DNA of 32,000 nucleotides from Fibrobacter succinogenes subsp. succinogenes S85 (GTDB taxonomy: Bacteria > Fibrobacterota > Fibrobacteria > Fibrobacterales > Fibrobacteraceae): NCBI RefSeq assembly GCF_000146505.1, contig NC_017448.1, forward strand, positions 3,450,001-3,482,000, in the 5' to 3' direction. The position numbers and the translations under genes were made by a program. The notes under the pieces were generated by a model. It ran no database searches. It saw only the letters and a list, made by a program, of their open reading frames with translations, and was not told the DNA's origin. Below are positions 9,028 to 17,699 of this stretch, in pieces (within the stretch, counting starts at the first letter, position 1; each line of letters starts with the position of its first letter).

Positions 9028-10758
9028 ATGTTCAAGACATTTCTTTCAAGAAAGTTTTTTTCGCTCTTGCTATCGAGTACAATTGGTCAACTCGTTATTA
9101 CGGTGCTGACCCTTTCAGACTCGATGATTGCTGGTGTAATGCTCGGTGAAGATGCCGTTGCTGCCATTTGCCTAGTTGTCCCAGCTTATTCGTTGGCTGG
9201 TTTTTGGGGATGTCTGGTTGCCTTGGGTGTCCCCATTATTTATAACCGGGCCATGGGAGAGTTTGACAAGAAAAAGGCCGATCGTTGTTTTGCGTTTGGT
9301 TTATTTATGTCTCTCTTGATGGGAGTAATTCTGTTTGTCACCTTTATGGTAATCGGGGATGCTTATCTTCGCTTTTATGAACCGTCTTCAATTGTTTTCG
9401 GTGCGGCAAAGGATTATTTCTTTTGGTACAAGTTTACTTTTTTACTGTTGCCGCTTTATACTCTGATGTATGTGATGGTCCTTGCCGATGGCGATGAAAC
9501 ATTGTCAATGGTTTCAGGAATCGTGCAGATTGTAGGGAACATCGTCTGCTCAATTGTTCTTGTAAAATTTATCGGTATTGCGGGAATTGGACTTGGCTCG
9601 TTTATTGGAACCGTTGCGGCGATACTCGTTTCTTTTGCACATCTTCTTCGTCAAGGCAATTCGCTAAAGCTTGGCTTTTACTTCTCGTTTAGGTGGCTTA
9701 TCGATGTTGTAAAATATAGCGCGGTTGATGCGGGCTCCTATCTTTTTTTGGCGTTTTACATTGCTGTGATGAACCGTTTTATCACCTTCGCTTATGGTCC
9801 CGAAATGCTTGTGCTTGGTGCTATAGTCCTTTTTATAAAAGAGATACAGGTCTTATTTGATGGTGTGGGGGAGTCATTTTCTCCGTTGATGAATATCTAC
9901 TTGGGCGAAGAATCCTATGATGCCGTCAAAAAATGTTATCGCCTTTCTCAAAAAACAGCTGTTGTCGAAGGTCTTGCGTTGACGCTGTTGCTGCTTTTGT
10001 TGGCGCCCTATGTTGTGAAACTTTATGATATCTCTGATCCGTTGATGTTTTCTTATGCGGTTGGTGGTGCTCGAATTGAAGTTCTGGGGCTTGTATTCTT
10101 GAGCTTGTTATACCTGTTGAGCTCTTACTATTTGCTCATAGACAAGATTAAACTTGGATTTATGATGAGTGCGCTCCGGGATGTACTTGTGGTGACTCCG
10201 GTCTGTGTGTTTTTGGGGTATTTCTTTGGGGTGTATGGAATGTTTGCCGGTATCGCCGTTAGCCCAGTGTTGGCTTATGTGATATCGGTTCTATATATCC
10301 GCATTCGTTATGGAGCCGAAAATTATCCATTGCTGCTTGCGGATAAGCTGAAAGGCTTCAAACATAAATTTTACGAGTTGAAACTGGACCCGGCATCAAT
10401 TGTTAAAACTCAGCAGCAGGCAGAAAAGTTCCTTTGTGAAAATGGGGTTGACCGTAAGATCGTCTCAAAGGTGAAGTTATTGATAGAAGACATTTATATG
10501 CTGATTTATGAAAAAAATGGTGCCGACAAAGCGGTCTATGCAGAGTGTACTGTTATTATTCGCGAAACGGGCGTACAGATTATAACCAAGGATGACGGTA
10601 TATTGTTCGATTTGTCCAGTGACGATGTCATCGCCGGGTCAATTGTTGAATTTATGGTTTCGGGCTATATGGAAAAATTGAAGGAAAATAAAAAATACTT
10701 GACGACCATGAGCTATAACCGGAATACATTCAAGGTAAACAACGAGGTGCGAGTATGA
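9028..10758 (+). CDS. MATE/MOP-family polytopic transporter fused to a C-terminal anti-sigma/GHKL-like (RsbW/SpoIIAB-like) domain
   Basis: About 440 aa of TM helices with a MATE-like N-terminus (LSDSMIAGVMLGEDAVAAICLVVPAYSL...NRAMGEFDKKKA). The cytoplasmic tail from 10357 reads KVKLLIEDIYMLIYEKNG...VQIITKDDGILFD, which fits the RsbW N-box/G1 layout but lacks the N-box Asn and a G2 GxGxG. Confidence 0.7.
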   Translation: MFKTFLSRKFFSLLLSSTIGQLVITVLTLSDSMIAGVMLGEDAVAAICLVVPAYSLAGFWGCLVALGVPIIYNRAMGEFDKKKADRCFAFGLFMSLLMGVILFVTFMVIGDAYLRFYEPSSIVFGAAKDYFFWYKFTFLLLPLYTLMYVMVLADGDETLSMVSGIVQIVGNIVCSIVLVKFIGIAGIGLGSFIGTVAAILVSFAHLLRQGNSLKLGFYFSFRWLIDVVKYSAVDAGSYLFLAFYIAVMNRFITFAYGPEMLVLGAIVLFIKEIQVLFDGVGESFSPLMNIYLGEESYDAVKKCYRLSQKTAVVEGLALTLLLLLLAPYVVKLYDISDPLMFSYAVGGARIEVLGLVFLSLLYLLSSYYLLIDKIKLGFMMSALRDVLVVTPVCVFLGYFFGVYGMFAGIAVSPVLAYVISVLYIRIRYGAENYPLLLADKLKGFKHKFYELKLDPASIVKTQQQAEKFLCENGVDRKIVSKVKLLIEDIYMLIYEKNGADKAVYAECTVIIRETGVQIITKDDGILFDLSSDDVIAGSIVEFMVSGYMEKLKENKKYLTTMSYNRNTFKVNNEVRV

Positions 10759-12215
10759 TTCAATATGGCATTACGGAAACCATTTTTGCTGAATTGTCCC
10801 TGTTTTCAATATTGTTGCTTTTATTCTTGCTGTATAACAATATAGCTCTGTATAAAATAAGTATTAAAGATAAACTTTCTATTGTCCTTGTGACGACAAT
10901 CGTATTGTCTATATTTGAATGGATTTGGCACTATGTAGATGGAAATGCGAATTTTCGAGTGCTGAGCTATATTTGTGCTGATGTTTACTCCGTCTGTTTG
11001 ATGATTGCTGTATCGATGTTTACGCTGTTCAGCCTGGAACGTTTTGAACTGAATTTTAATCCAAAAAAATTGAATGCTTTATTTTTTGTAACACCTACTA
11101 TTTTGACTCTTCTTTTGTGCCTCACAACGCCTTGGACTGGTTTAGTGTATTCCGTTGATGAGGGCGGATCAATTCAGTATAAGGAATTGTTTGACTTCTT
11201 TCTTGTCCCTGTATATTTTCTTTATATGTTATTTTCAATTTTGCTAGCAATTTACTATGTGATAATGCATCGAAAAAAGAAAAAAGAGAAAGTGGTTTAT
11301 GCAAGAAACCTGTTGATATTTGCTGTATTGACAGTGTGTGTCCAGGCTTTTCAGACCTATATTTTTAGAAATGATGGAAATTATTTGATAACAAGTCTTT
11401 CTTGGGCGATAGGCTTTGTATTCTTTACGACGTACGTGAATACGGATCGATTTGTTAAAAATCGTGAAAAAATTGCTGCCGTAGAATCGGATTTGGCTGT
11501 CGCTACAAATATCCAGTTGGCAGCCCTTCCTGCGGTAGAAAATGCCTTGCCGACGCACCCTGAGGTCTGTGTTTCTGCATCCATGACTACAGCAAAAGAA
11601 GTGGGTGGGGATTTCTATGATTTCTTTGAAATTGATGATACTCATGTTTGCTTTGTCATTGCCGATGTTTCGGGCAAGGGCGTTCCTGCGGCGTTGTTCA
11701 TGATGGTGGTGAAGACCATGATCCGTGACCATGCTTCCATGAAGCTTTCTACGGCGGAAATCTTCAATGATGTGAACCGCCTCTTGTGCGAAAACAATGC
11801 CGAAGAAATGTTTGCGACCGCCTGGATTGGTATTCTCGATACTAAAACCAAAATCATGAAATGCACCAATGCAGGGCATAATGCCGTGTGCTTTGCCAAA
11901 AAAGACGGCAAGTTCGAGTTCCTAAGGCAACGCCATGGTGTGTTCCTTGCCGGTTTTGACACTACGCAATATAAAGAAGCCGAAATTCAGCTTGAAAGCG
12001 GGGATTGTTTGTTCCTCTATACCGATGGTCTTACCGAGGCTCACAATGCGTCCTCTGAACTTTACGGCGAAGAACGGCTTTTAGAAAAATTAAATTCCAT
12101 TGAAATTCGTGGCGGTGAAAAATTCTTGAGGGAAATCTCGGATGACGTGAATGTATTCTCTGAAGGAACAGATCCCTTTGATGACCTTACAATGATGGTC
12201 CTCAAGGTGGACTAA
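10755..12215 (+). CDS. Polytopic membrane PP2C-type serine phosphatase (SpoIIE/RsbU family)
   Basis: ATGA start/stop overlap with the upstream gene. N-terminal about 230 aa is multi-TM. The C-terminal domain has GGDFYDF, FVIADVSGKGVPAA, LYTDGLTEA and FDDLTMMVLK, the SpoIIE-family metal-binding Asp positions. Confidence 0.9.
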   Translation: MIQYGITETIFAELSLFSILLLLFLLYNNIALYKISIKDKLSIVLVTTIVLSIFEWIWHYVDGNANFRVLSYICADVYSVCLMIAVSMFTLFSLERFELNFNPKKLNALFFVTPTILTLLLCLTTPWTGLVYSVDEGGSIQYKELFDFFLVPVYFLYMLFSILLAIYYVIMHRKKKKEKVVYARNLLIFAVLTVCVQAFQTYIFRNDGNYLITSLSWAIGFVFFTTYVNTDRFVKNREKIAAVESDLAVATNIQLAALPAVENALPTHPEVCVSASMTTAKEVGGDFYDFFEIDDTHVCFVIADVSGKGVPAALFMMVVKTMIRDHASMKLSTAEIFNDVNRLLCENNAEEMFATAWIGILDTKTKIMKCTNAGHNAVCFAKKDGKFEFLRQRHGVFLAGFDTTQYKEAEIQLESGDCLFLYTDGLTEAHNASSELYGEERLLEKLNSIEIRGGEKFLREISDDVNVFSEGTDPFDDLTMMVLKVD

Positions 12216-12240
12216 AAATTTTTTTGCTAGGTTTGTGGTC

Positions 12241-13152
12241 ATGAAAGAATACGCTCCTGCAAAAATCAATTTGTTTTTAGATGTAATCCGCAAGCGTGAA
12301 GACGGTTATCACGATTTGGGAACGGTCTTCCAGACTATTGACGCTGGCGATACGGTCGAAGCGACACTTCGCGAAGATGGCGAACTCCACCTGACGTACA
12401 ACGAACCGCAGAACTATCCGCTGGAATCCGACCTCGTGTTCAAGGCTGCGAAAGCGCTCAAGGAATTTGCAAAGTGCAACCTTGGTGCGGACATCCACCT
12501 CACGAAGGTGATGCCGTTGGGGGCAGGACTTGGTGGTGGAAGTGCCGATGCCGCCGCGACGCTCCGTTTGCTCAATCGCTTGTGGAACTTGAACCTCCCG
12601 TTCGAAACTTTGGAATCCATCGGTGCCCGTCTTGGTGCTGATGTGCCGTTCCTCGTTCGAGGCGGAACCGCCTTTGCTGAAGGTATCGGTGAACGTTTGA
12701 CGTTTGTGGAACCGCTCGACCTCCCGGAAGGGGCTGCACTCCTCATTGCGACTCCGCTTGATTCTGTGCCGACGAAGGATGCCTATGCGGGGGTCCCGAA
12801 GTCTGGCCCAGACCGTTGGGAACAGTACAAGGCGGCGTGGAAATCTCAGGTGCGGGTCGCGTTGTGTGGTGAGCCTGTTGCAGAGCCTGTTTCTGCCAAC
12901 GACACGTTTGTGCTGTTGGTCAATCCGGATCTTTGCTTCAATGCGTTTGAAATCTCCGTGTTCCCGACGCACCCGCTTGTCGCCGAAATGAAGCAAAAGT
13001 TCATTGAACTGGGGGCTGATGTTGCTTTGATGTCGGGATCCGGGGCTTCCGTTTTCGGAATTTTCAAGACCAAGGAACTTGCAGAAAAGGCTGCCGCCGC
13101 TCTGAAGCCGATTTCCCGCTACCAGACCGTCACCAAATTCTGGCATAGGTAG
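12241..13152 (+). CDS. ispE: 4-diphosphocytidyl-2-C-methyl-D-erythritol kinase
   Basis: MKEYAPAKINLFLDV...; GHMP-kinase motif PLGAGLGGGSADAAATL. The track start GTG 12235 is 2 codons upstream of the ATG. Confidence 0.93.
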   Translation: MKEYAPAKINLFLDVIRKREDGYHDLGTVFQTIDAGDTVEATLREDGELHLTYNEPQNYPLESDLVFKAAKALKEFAKCNLGADIHLTKVMPLGAGLGGGSADAAATLRLLNRLWNLNLPFETLESIGARLGADVPFLVRGGTAFAEGIGERLTFVEPLDLPEGAALLIATPLDSVPTKDAYAGVPKSGPDRWEQYKAAWKSQVRVALCGEPVAEPVSANDTFVLLVNPDLCFNAFEISVFPTHPLVAEMKQKFIELGADVALMSGSGASVFGIFKTKELAEKAAAALKPISRYQTVTKFWHR

Positions 13153-13217
13153 TGCCGCTTTTTTGTCAAAATGTGCGAAAAATGACTTTTTTCAGCTCTT
13201 TTTTTGCACGTTTGTCT

Positions 13218-13245
13218 TTGACAAAAGGGACTTTTTTACTATCTT
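13218..13245 (+). promoter_or_regulatory. Candidate sigma70-type promoter of tRNA-Gln
   Basis: TTGACA (13218-13223), 16-nt spacer, TATCTT (13240-13245), about 11 nt before the tRNA 5' end. Confidence 0.45.
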
Positions 13246-13256
13246 TGTCGCACCAT

Positions 13257-13328
13257 TGGGGTATCGTCAAGTGGTAAGACAACGGATTTTGATTCCGTTA
13301 TTCGTAGGTTCGAATCCTGCTACCCCAA
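13257..13328 (+). tRNA. tRNA-Gln (anticodon UUG)
   Basis: Hand-folded cloverleaf. Acceptor TGGGGTA/TACCCCA, anticodon stem ACGGA/TCCGT with loop TTTTGAT (anticodon TTG), T-arm GTAGG-TTCGAAT-CCTGC. 72 nt, no encoded CCA. Confidence 0.92.
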
Positions 13329-13358
13329 TGAATTTTTTTATCTAATGGAGATAACACA

Positions 13359-13982
13359 ATGGAACTCACAACGCTCAAAGCTGCCTCGAGAGTGCTAGGT
13401 GCAAACCGCGACAACGCCCGTTTGCGTAAGGCTGGTCAGATTCCGGCCGTCTATTATGGTAAGGGTATCGAAGCTAAGAACATCAGCGTCAGCGAAATCG
13501 ACTTGCGCAAGGTTCTTGCTCCGGGCAAGCGTTACACGCTTCTTGACCTCGAAATCGATGGCAAGGCTGGCAATCCGGCTCTCGTCTACAGTGTCCAGAA
13601 GGACGCTCTCACCCAGAAGATCACGCACGTTGACTTCATCAAGATCGCTGATGACGAATTCGTTAAGGTTCGCATCCCGGTCAAGCTTTCCGGTCTCCCG
13701 GTTGGCGTGAAGACTCAGGGCGGTCTCTTCTCTCAGGAAGCTCGTTATCTCATGCTCGCTGCTAAGCCGGCAAGCATCCCGTCTGTTCTCGAATTGGATA
13801 TCTCCAACTTCGAAACGAACGTGACCTTCTACGCTAAGGATTTCAAGCTCCCGGAAAACGTTACGCTCGCTTCTGGCCCGCGCACCGTTATCTTCACGAT
13901 TTCTTCTAAGTCCAAGAAGAAGGACGCTGCTGCTGCTCCGGCTGCTGACGCCGCTGCCGCTGCTGCTCCGGCTGCCAACTAA
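13359..13982 (+). CDS. rplY: 50S ribosomal protein L25 / general stress protein Ctc form
   Basis: N-terminus RDNARLRKAGQIPAVYYGKG with a two-domain Ctc-length body and an Ala-rich tail. The conserved rplY-pth neighbourhood is present. Confidence 0.9.
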   Translation: MELTTLKAASRVLGANRDNARLRKAGQIPAVYYGKGIEAKNISVSEIDLRKVLAPGKRYTLLDLEIDGKAGNPALVYSVQKDALTQKITHVDFIKIADDEFVKVRIPVKLSGLPVGVKTQGGLFSQEARYLMLAAKPASIPSVLELDISNFETNVTFYAKDFKLPENVTLASGPRTVIFTISSKSKKKDAAAAPAADAAAAAAPAAN

Positions 13983-14010
13983 TTCTGGCAACAAGCTGAA
14001 AGGCATTAAG

Positions 14011-14041
14011 AGACCTGCTCCGATTGGGGCGGGTCTTTTTT
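14011..14041 (+). terminator. Rho-independent terminator of rplY
   Basis: AGACCTGCTCC / GGGGCGGGTCT stem (11 bp including 2 G-U), loop GATT, then a T-run. Confidence 0.75.
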
Positions 14042-14066
14042 CGTTGAAAATTCTATATTTTAAGTT

Positions 14067-14219
14067 ATGAAATTACTCAAGCTTTTATCTTGCCTTTCTT
14101 TTATCGCCCTTCTTGGGTGTGCTAGTTCTGAACCTGTCGTGCAGCAACAGGATAGCAATGCTGATGAAGTTCGCGCAAATTCCGCAAAAGCGTATAGCGA
14201 ACTCGATGCGGAAAAGTAA
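14067..14219 (+). CDS. Small (50 aa) putative lipoprotein
   Basis: Below the track size cut-off. MKLLKLLSCLSFIALLGCASSEP... has a lipobox LLGC. No homology call is possible. Confidence 0.45.
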   Translation: MKLLKLLSCLSFIALLGCASSEPVVQQQDSNADEVRANSAKAYSELDAEK

Positions 14220-14241
14220 CGATATTTTTTAAGGTTTTATT

Positions 14242-14796
14242 ATGTATTTAATCGTCGGTCTTGGAAATCCTGGAACGCAGTATTCGAACACGCACCACAA
14301 TGCCGGTTTTATGGCAGTTGAAAAGCTCGCTGACCCGAGCAAGGACTGGAAATCGGAACACAAGGCGCTCACCATGAAGGTGAACATTGCAGGCGAAGAA
14401 TGCCTCCTCGTGAAGCCGCAGACTTACATGAACCTCTCTGGCGAAGCGGTTCAGGCGCTTATGACGTGGTACAAGGTCAAGGTCGATCATTTACTCGTTT
14501 TTAGCGATGATATTAATTTGGATGTAGGCCGTATCCGTTGCCGCAAGGACGGTAGCCATGGCGGTCAGAATGGACTCCGCAACATTATTGAACATGTGGG
14601 CGACAAGTTCCCGCGCATCCGCTTTGGCGTTGGCAAGTGCCCTCCGAAATTTGACCTCAGCAACTGGGTCTTGGCGAAGTTTTCTCCTGAAGACCGCCCG
14701 AAATTCGATGAGGCAATCGCAAAAGTCCCTGCCCTTGTGGAATGCTATTTTAAGCTCGGCATCGAAAAGTGCATGGAACGCTATAACGGAAAATAA
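14242..14796 (+). CDS. pth: Peptidyl-tRNA hydrolase
   Basis: MYLIVGLGNPGTQYSNTHHNAGF..., GSHGGQNGLRN. Confidence 0.95.
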   Translation: MYLIVGLGNPGTQYSNTHHNAGFMAVEKLADPSKDWKSEHKALTMKVNIAGEECLLVKPQTYMNLSGEAVQALMTWYKVKVDHLLVFSDDINLDVGRIRCRKDGSHGGQNGLRNIIEHVGDKFPRIRFGVGKCPPKFDLSNWVLAKFSPEDRPKFDEAIAKVPALVECYFKLGIEKCMERYNGK

Positions 14797-14833
14797 AGCC
14801 GTTATATGCAACTGATACATTAAAATTGTTATG

Positions 14834-14867
14834 AGCTCGACTAGTGATTAACTTGTCGGGCTTTTTT
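14834..14867 (+). terminator. Rho-independent terminator of pth
   Basis: AGCTCGAC (14834-14841) pairs with GTCGGGCT (14855-14862, one G-U), followed by TTTTTT. Confidence 0.6.
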
Positions 14868-14902
14868 ATTATATTGAAAGTAACCTTTTGGTGGAGGTAT
14901 GT

Positions 14903-16006
14903 ATGGTGAATAAAATTATTATTGCCTTGAGTATGGGACTCACGGCGGGGGTCTTGGCACAGGATTTTTGCAATGCAGCTAAACATACAGGTGCAAGCAA
15001 AAAAGTGAATGGAAACGAAGTGAGCTCGTTCAACGGTGTCGGTTACGAGCTTTGGTACGATAGGGCTACTTCGGGTTCGCTTACAATTTATGAAGACGGA
15101 TCCATGGCATGTTCTTTCCAGAATGCTGGAGACTACCTTTGCCGTGCGGGGCTTTCGTTCGATAGCGACAAGAAGTATAACGAACTTGGCGGCGATATGC
15201 TTGCGGAATTCAAGCTCGTGAAACAGAATATCAATGGTGCCGATTACTCCTATGTCGGCGTCTATGGTTGGATGGAAGAAGTCTCGAAATCCCCGAGCAA
15301 ACTGGTCGAATATTATGTTGTCGATAACTGGCTGACGGGGTGGAGGCCTGGCGATTGGGTCGCTAGCCATAAGATGGGCGATTACACAATCGATGGTGCC
15401 AAATACTCCGTTTATTGGGGTGAACATACGGGGCCGGCCATCAAGACACAGGGCAATACGACTTTTTTGCAGTATTTCAGCATTCGTGAAAATGCCCGTG
15501 ATTGCGGAGTCATCAATATTAGCGCTCACATGAGACAGTGGGAAAAGCTGGGCATGGAAATGGGTAAGCTCTACGAAGCCAAGGTGCTTGGCGAAGCGGG
15601 GAGCATGAGTAACGGCGTTTCCGGTACGGCCGATTTTCCGCATATAAAGGTTTATGTCAAAGGCGACGAAGTTCCGTCGTCCAGTTCCGTTGCTTTAAGT
15701 TCAAGTTCTGTGGTGTCGAGTTCCTCTGAAACTGTGCCGAGTTCGTCATCGGAGAAGGTCGCGGAATCTTCGAGTAGCGTTGACGGTTCTTCGAGTTCGG
15801 GGACCGATGCGATTCCGTTTATGGCTCAGCTCTTTGACAAGGCGGGTGTTTATCAGGTGTTCGATATGCAAGGGAATTTCCTCGGCAAGGTTGAGCTGAA
15901 GAATGGCTTGTCGCTTAAGCAGGCTGTGGCAAGCAAGTTTGCCCGCTCGTCCGTTTATCTGGTCAAGCGTGGGGCCTTTGCCAAGACGATTGCTGTCGAG
16001 CGATAA
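14903..16006 (+). CDS. Secreted GH11 endo-1,4-beta-xylanase with Ser-rich linker and C-terminal sorting-type domain
   Basis: ATG 14903 lies 5 nt after GGAGG; the track start is TTG 14888. Signal peptide is MVNKIIIALSMGLTAGVLAQ. GH11 hallmarks are YELW, YGW...LVEYYVVDNW, TFLQYFSIR and YEAKVLGEAG (the two catalytic Glu contexts). The tail ...YQVFDMQGNFLGKVEL...VYLVKRG resembles FCB-group C-terminal secretion domains. Confidence 0.88.
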   Translation: MVNKIIIALSMGLTAGVLAQDFCNAAKHTGASKKVNGNEVSSFNGVGYELWYDRATSGSLTIYEDGSMACSFQNAGDYLCRAGLSFDSDKKYNELGGDMLAEFKLVKQNINGADYSYVGVYGWMEEVSKSPSKLVEYYVVDNWLTGWRPGDWVASHKMGDYTIDGAKYSVYWGEHTGPAIKTQGNTTFLQYFSIRENARDCGVINISAHMRQWEKLGMEMGKLYEAKVLGEAGSMSNGVSGTADFPHIKVYVKGDEVPSSSSVALSSSSVVSSSSETVPSSSSEKVAESSSSVDGSSSSGTDAIPFMAQLFDKAGVYQVFDMQGNFLGKVELKNGLSLKQAVASKFARSSVYLVKRGAFAKTIAVER

Positions 16007-16668
16007 TGCGTTTGTTCCCTCATTTTTTTCTTTTCGTTCCAAAGTTGTCCATAACTAGGAATTTTTATCATTTGAATATCTGGATATTTGTCTTCCATCC
16101 AAGGAAAAAAGTGACCACACACAACGAGGGCGATGGGATTTTGTCTTTGAATCATTTCATCCAAACCAAGAATGAAATGACGAAGTCCCTCCTTGTCTGT
16201 TGAAATGCCGTTGGTGGTAATCGCAAGTACTGAATTTTGAGGCAACCCCTCCCAACACCATTCAAAACTGTCTTGAGTACTCCAACTAGCAGTAGGTATC
16301 ACGTTTATTCCTTTTTGTTGCCAGAAATAAGCTATTATACGATTACGATAACAGTTCCATTTCTGTCTGTTAGTTGAATAGTCTCTATAAAGGCTGTAAT
16401 CGGTACTAATCATTCCTTCAAGCTTTTGCAAGGGAGCGACATTTGCTAAGGGATCGTTCCAAAATTTATTTTGGTGAACGTCTTTGACAAAGCAATGGCC
16501 CCAAAGTTTTAATCCGTCTTTTGGGTCAATGATGTTAATGGGTAAGCATTTTTTGATATTTGGAATTGTTTGTGTGGGAGATAATTGGGGAACATGTAGT
16601 GACCCGACAAGAGGGGCTCCCTGTTGTATGAGCAAATGATCTAGAGTTATTTGGTCTTCTTTTTTCAT
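15955..16668 (-). CDS. DUF4417-family protein
   Basis: ISTDYSLYRDYSTNRQKWNCYRNRIIAYFWQQKGINVIPTASWSTQDSFEWCWEGLPQNSVLAITTNG matches my memory of the DUF4417 core (PDFS.Y.D.P...QIWN.YRNR...W...G..VIP...W). The last 52 nt overlap the 3' end of the convergent xylanase gene. Confidence 0.65.
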   Translation of the reverse strand: MKKEDQITLDHLLIQQGAPLVGSLHVPQLSPTQTIPNIKKCLPINIIDPKDGLKLWGHCFVKDVHQNKFWNDPLANVAPLQKLEGMISTDYSLYRDYSTNRQKWNCYRNRIIAYFWQQKGINVIPTASWSTQDSFEWCWEGLPQNSVLAITTNGISTDKEGLRHFILGLDEMIQRQNPIALVVCGHFFPWMEDKYPDIQMIKIPSYGQLWNEKKKMREQTHYRSTAIVLAKAPRLTR

Positions 16669-16686
16669 AGTTTATTTTGTGTGAGA

Positions 16687-17178
16687 TTATGCGTAAGTAT
16701 GCAATTCTAGTATTCGTCGCCGGTTCCCGTTTTTATACCAATATTCAACCTTGTCGCTCGGTTTTAAAATTCCTTTGCGGAGAGCTTCTTTGTATCCTTC
16801 AATAACCGATTCGACAGCCTTTTTCCCTTCAGCAATTGATTTGTGCTTGGAAAGCAGTATTATTTTGCTGTTTTCCTTGTGCTCGTAAAATTTAGACTCT
16901 GCAATTGTCGCTTTCATTTGTTTCGCTGCTTTTGCGAGGCTGCTGTTGCAAATTGTGTTGGCATTGTCTCCTTCAACACCTTTAACTTCTACTGGAGCAC
17001 CTTCAACCATCAGATCAGCTCTTTTATGATCGTTCGGCGTTTCTTTTAAAAAGGCGACATACTTGCCCTTATCAAGATAGTATTCAGCCACCTCAATTGC
17101 GTTTTTGTCCTGACGGGGGTTCCTGCTGTATTGAGGAAGCCTTTCCTTTTGTACGGCCTGATTGACCACCATATCCAC
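16687..17178 (-). CDS. PD-(D/E)xK-fold, toxin-like small nuclease (resembles CdiA-CT / Tox-REase tRNase-type domains)
   Basis: Motif RADLMVEGAPVEVKG gives D55-x8-E64-V-K66 (16981-17016). It is preceded by NAIEVAEYYLDKGKYVAF. GTG start at 17178, with an alternative ATG at 17172. Confidence 0.55.
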   Translation of the reverse strand: MDMVVNQAVQKERLPQYSRNPRQDKNAIEVAEYYLDKGKYVAFLKETPNDHKRADLMVEGAPVEVKGVEGDNANTICNSSLAKAAKQMKATIAESKFYEHKENSKIILLSKHKSIAEGKKAVESVIEGYKEALRKGILKPSDKVEYWYKNGNRRRILELHTYA

Positions 17179-17194
17179 CCATGTTTTACTCCTT

Positions 17195-17217
17195 TGTTCG
17201 CCTTATGGCGAACATTA
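17195..17217. promoter_or_regulatory. Palindrome TGTTCGCC-TTAT-GGCGAACA plus shared 11-mer GGCGAACATTA (operator or RNA hairpin)
   Basis: Perfect 8-bp inverted repeat at 17195-17214, in the 52-nt gap upstream of the PD-(D/E)xK gene. The 11-mer at 17207-17217 recurs at 18801-18811. Confidence 0.5.
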
Positions 17218-17230
17218 CGGTTAAAAAATT

Positions 17231-17698
17231 TTATTTTTCTTGTTTGTATATTTTTACGGGATTCTGCATTTCTGAATTTCTATAAAGTAACATTCGTGCG
17301 GAATTTACCCTTAGATAACGAATTTGTACCTTATCCTCATTCAATTTGAGAAAATCAGAAACAGTTATGTTTCCAGATATAGTATAGGCATTGTCTGCTG
17401 AACGGCTGTCAAATTCAATAAAGGTGATGTCATCATTGCTTGGTTCGCAAGAAAAAGATTCTTCAGGTTTTACAGGAACCATTCTATAATTGTACTTTGC
17501 AGAGATGAAATCCCATCTTCCGCAAACAGGGCAGCGCCAGACTTCCACTTCTTCGAAACGGAGAGGGAGGTCTTTTAGCATTACGTTTTCTGTTATGGCT
17601 TTTTTTATATCATCCATTCTAAATAAAGAAAGTTCTATTTGATTGATGCTGTCGGAATTCCGCATTCCGTACCCACAAAAACATCTCATGGATCCCAT
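17231..17698 (-). CDS. Hypothetical protein with split Zn-ribbon-like Cys pairs
   Basis: CFCGYG near the N-terminus and WRCPVCGRW at about residue 55. The ATG is 1 nt after the ImmA stop, so it belongs to the same operon. No family recognised. Confidence 0.55.
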   Translation of the reverse strand: MGSMRCFCGYGMRNSDSINQIELSLFRMDDIKKAITENVMLKDLPLRFEEVEVWRCPVCGRWDFISAKYNYRMVPVKPEESFSCEPSNDDITFIEFDSRSADNAYTISGNITVSDFLKLNEDKVQIRYLRVNSARMLLYRNSEMQNPVKIYKQEK

Positions 17699-17699
17699 A

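Noticed and set aside
13163-13345. 60-aa ORF spanning the tRNA-Gln gene
   Set aside because: It overlaps a cleanly folding tRNA and its promoter. It is a coding artefact.
11244-15643. Other antisense ORFs (11244-11879, 12277-13146, 13395-14006, 14750-15643); likewise 19579-20064, 23208-23708, 25269-25907, 28384-28989 and 29077-29697
   Set aside because: Each lies inside and opposite a gene with strong family motifs, and none has motifs of its own.
13921-15800. Ala-rich (13921-13979) and Ser-rich (about 15665-15800; also 28240-28390) nucleotide periodicity
   Set aside because: These are in-frame low-complexity linkers or tails of L25/Ctc, the xylanase and the expansin-like protein, not independent DNA repeats.
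17093-17182. 29-aa ORF (MGGYGGQSGRTKGK...) whose ATG at 17182 has the best Shine-Dalgarno spacing (AGGAG plus 6 nt) upstream of the PD-(D/E)xK gene
   Set aside because: It is out of frame with, and nested in, the 5' end of the 163-aa gene, and the peptide is low-complexity. It may only indicate that the true start of the 163-aa gene (GTG 17178 or ATG 17172) is poorly defined. There is not enough evidence to call a leader peptide.
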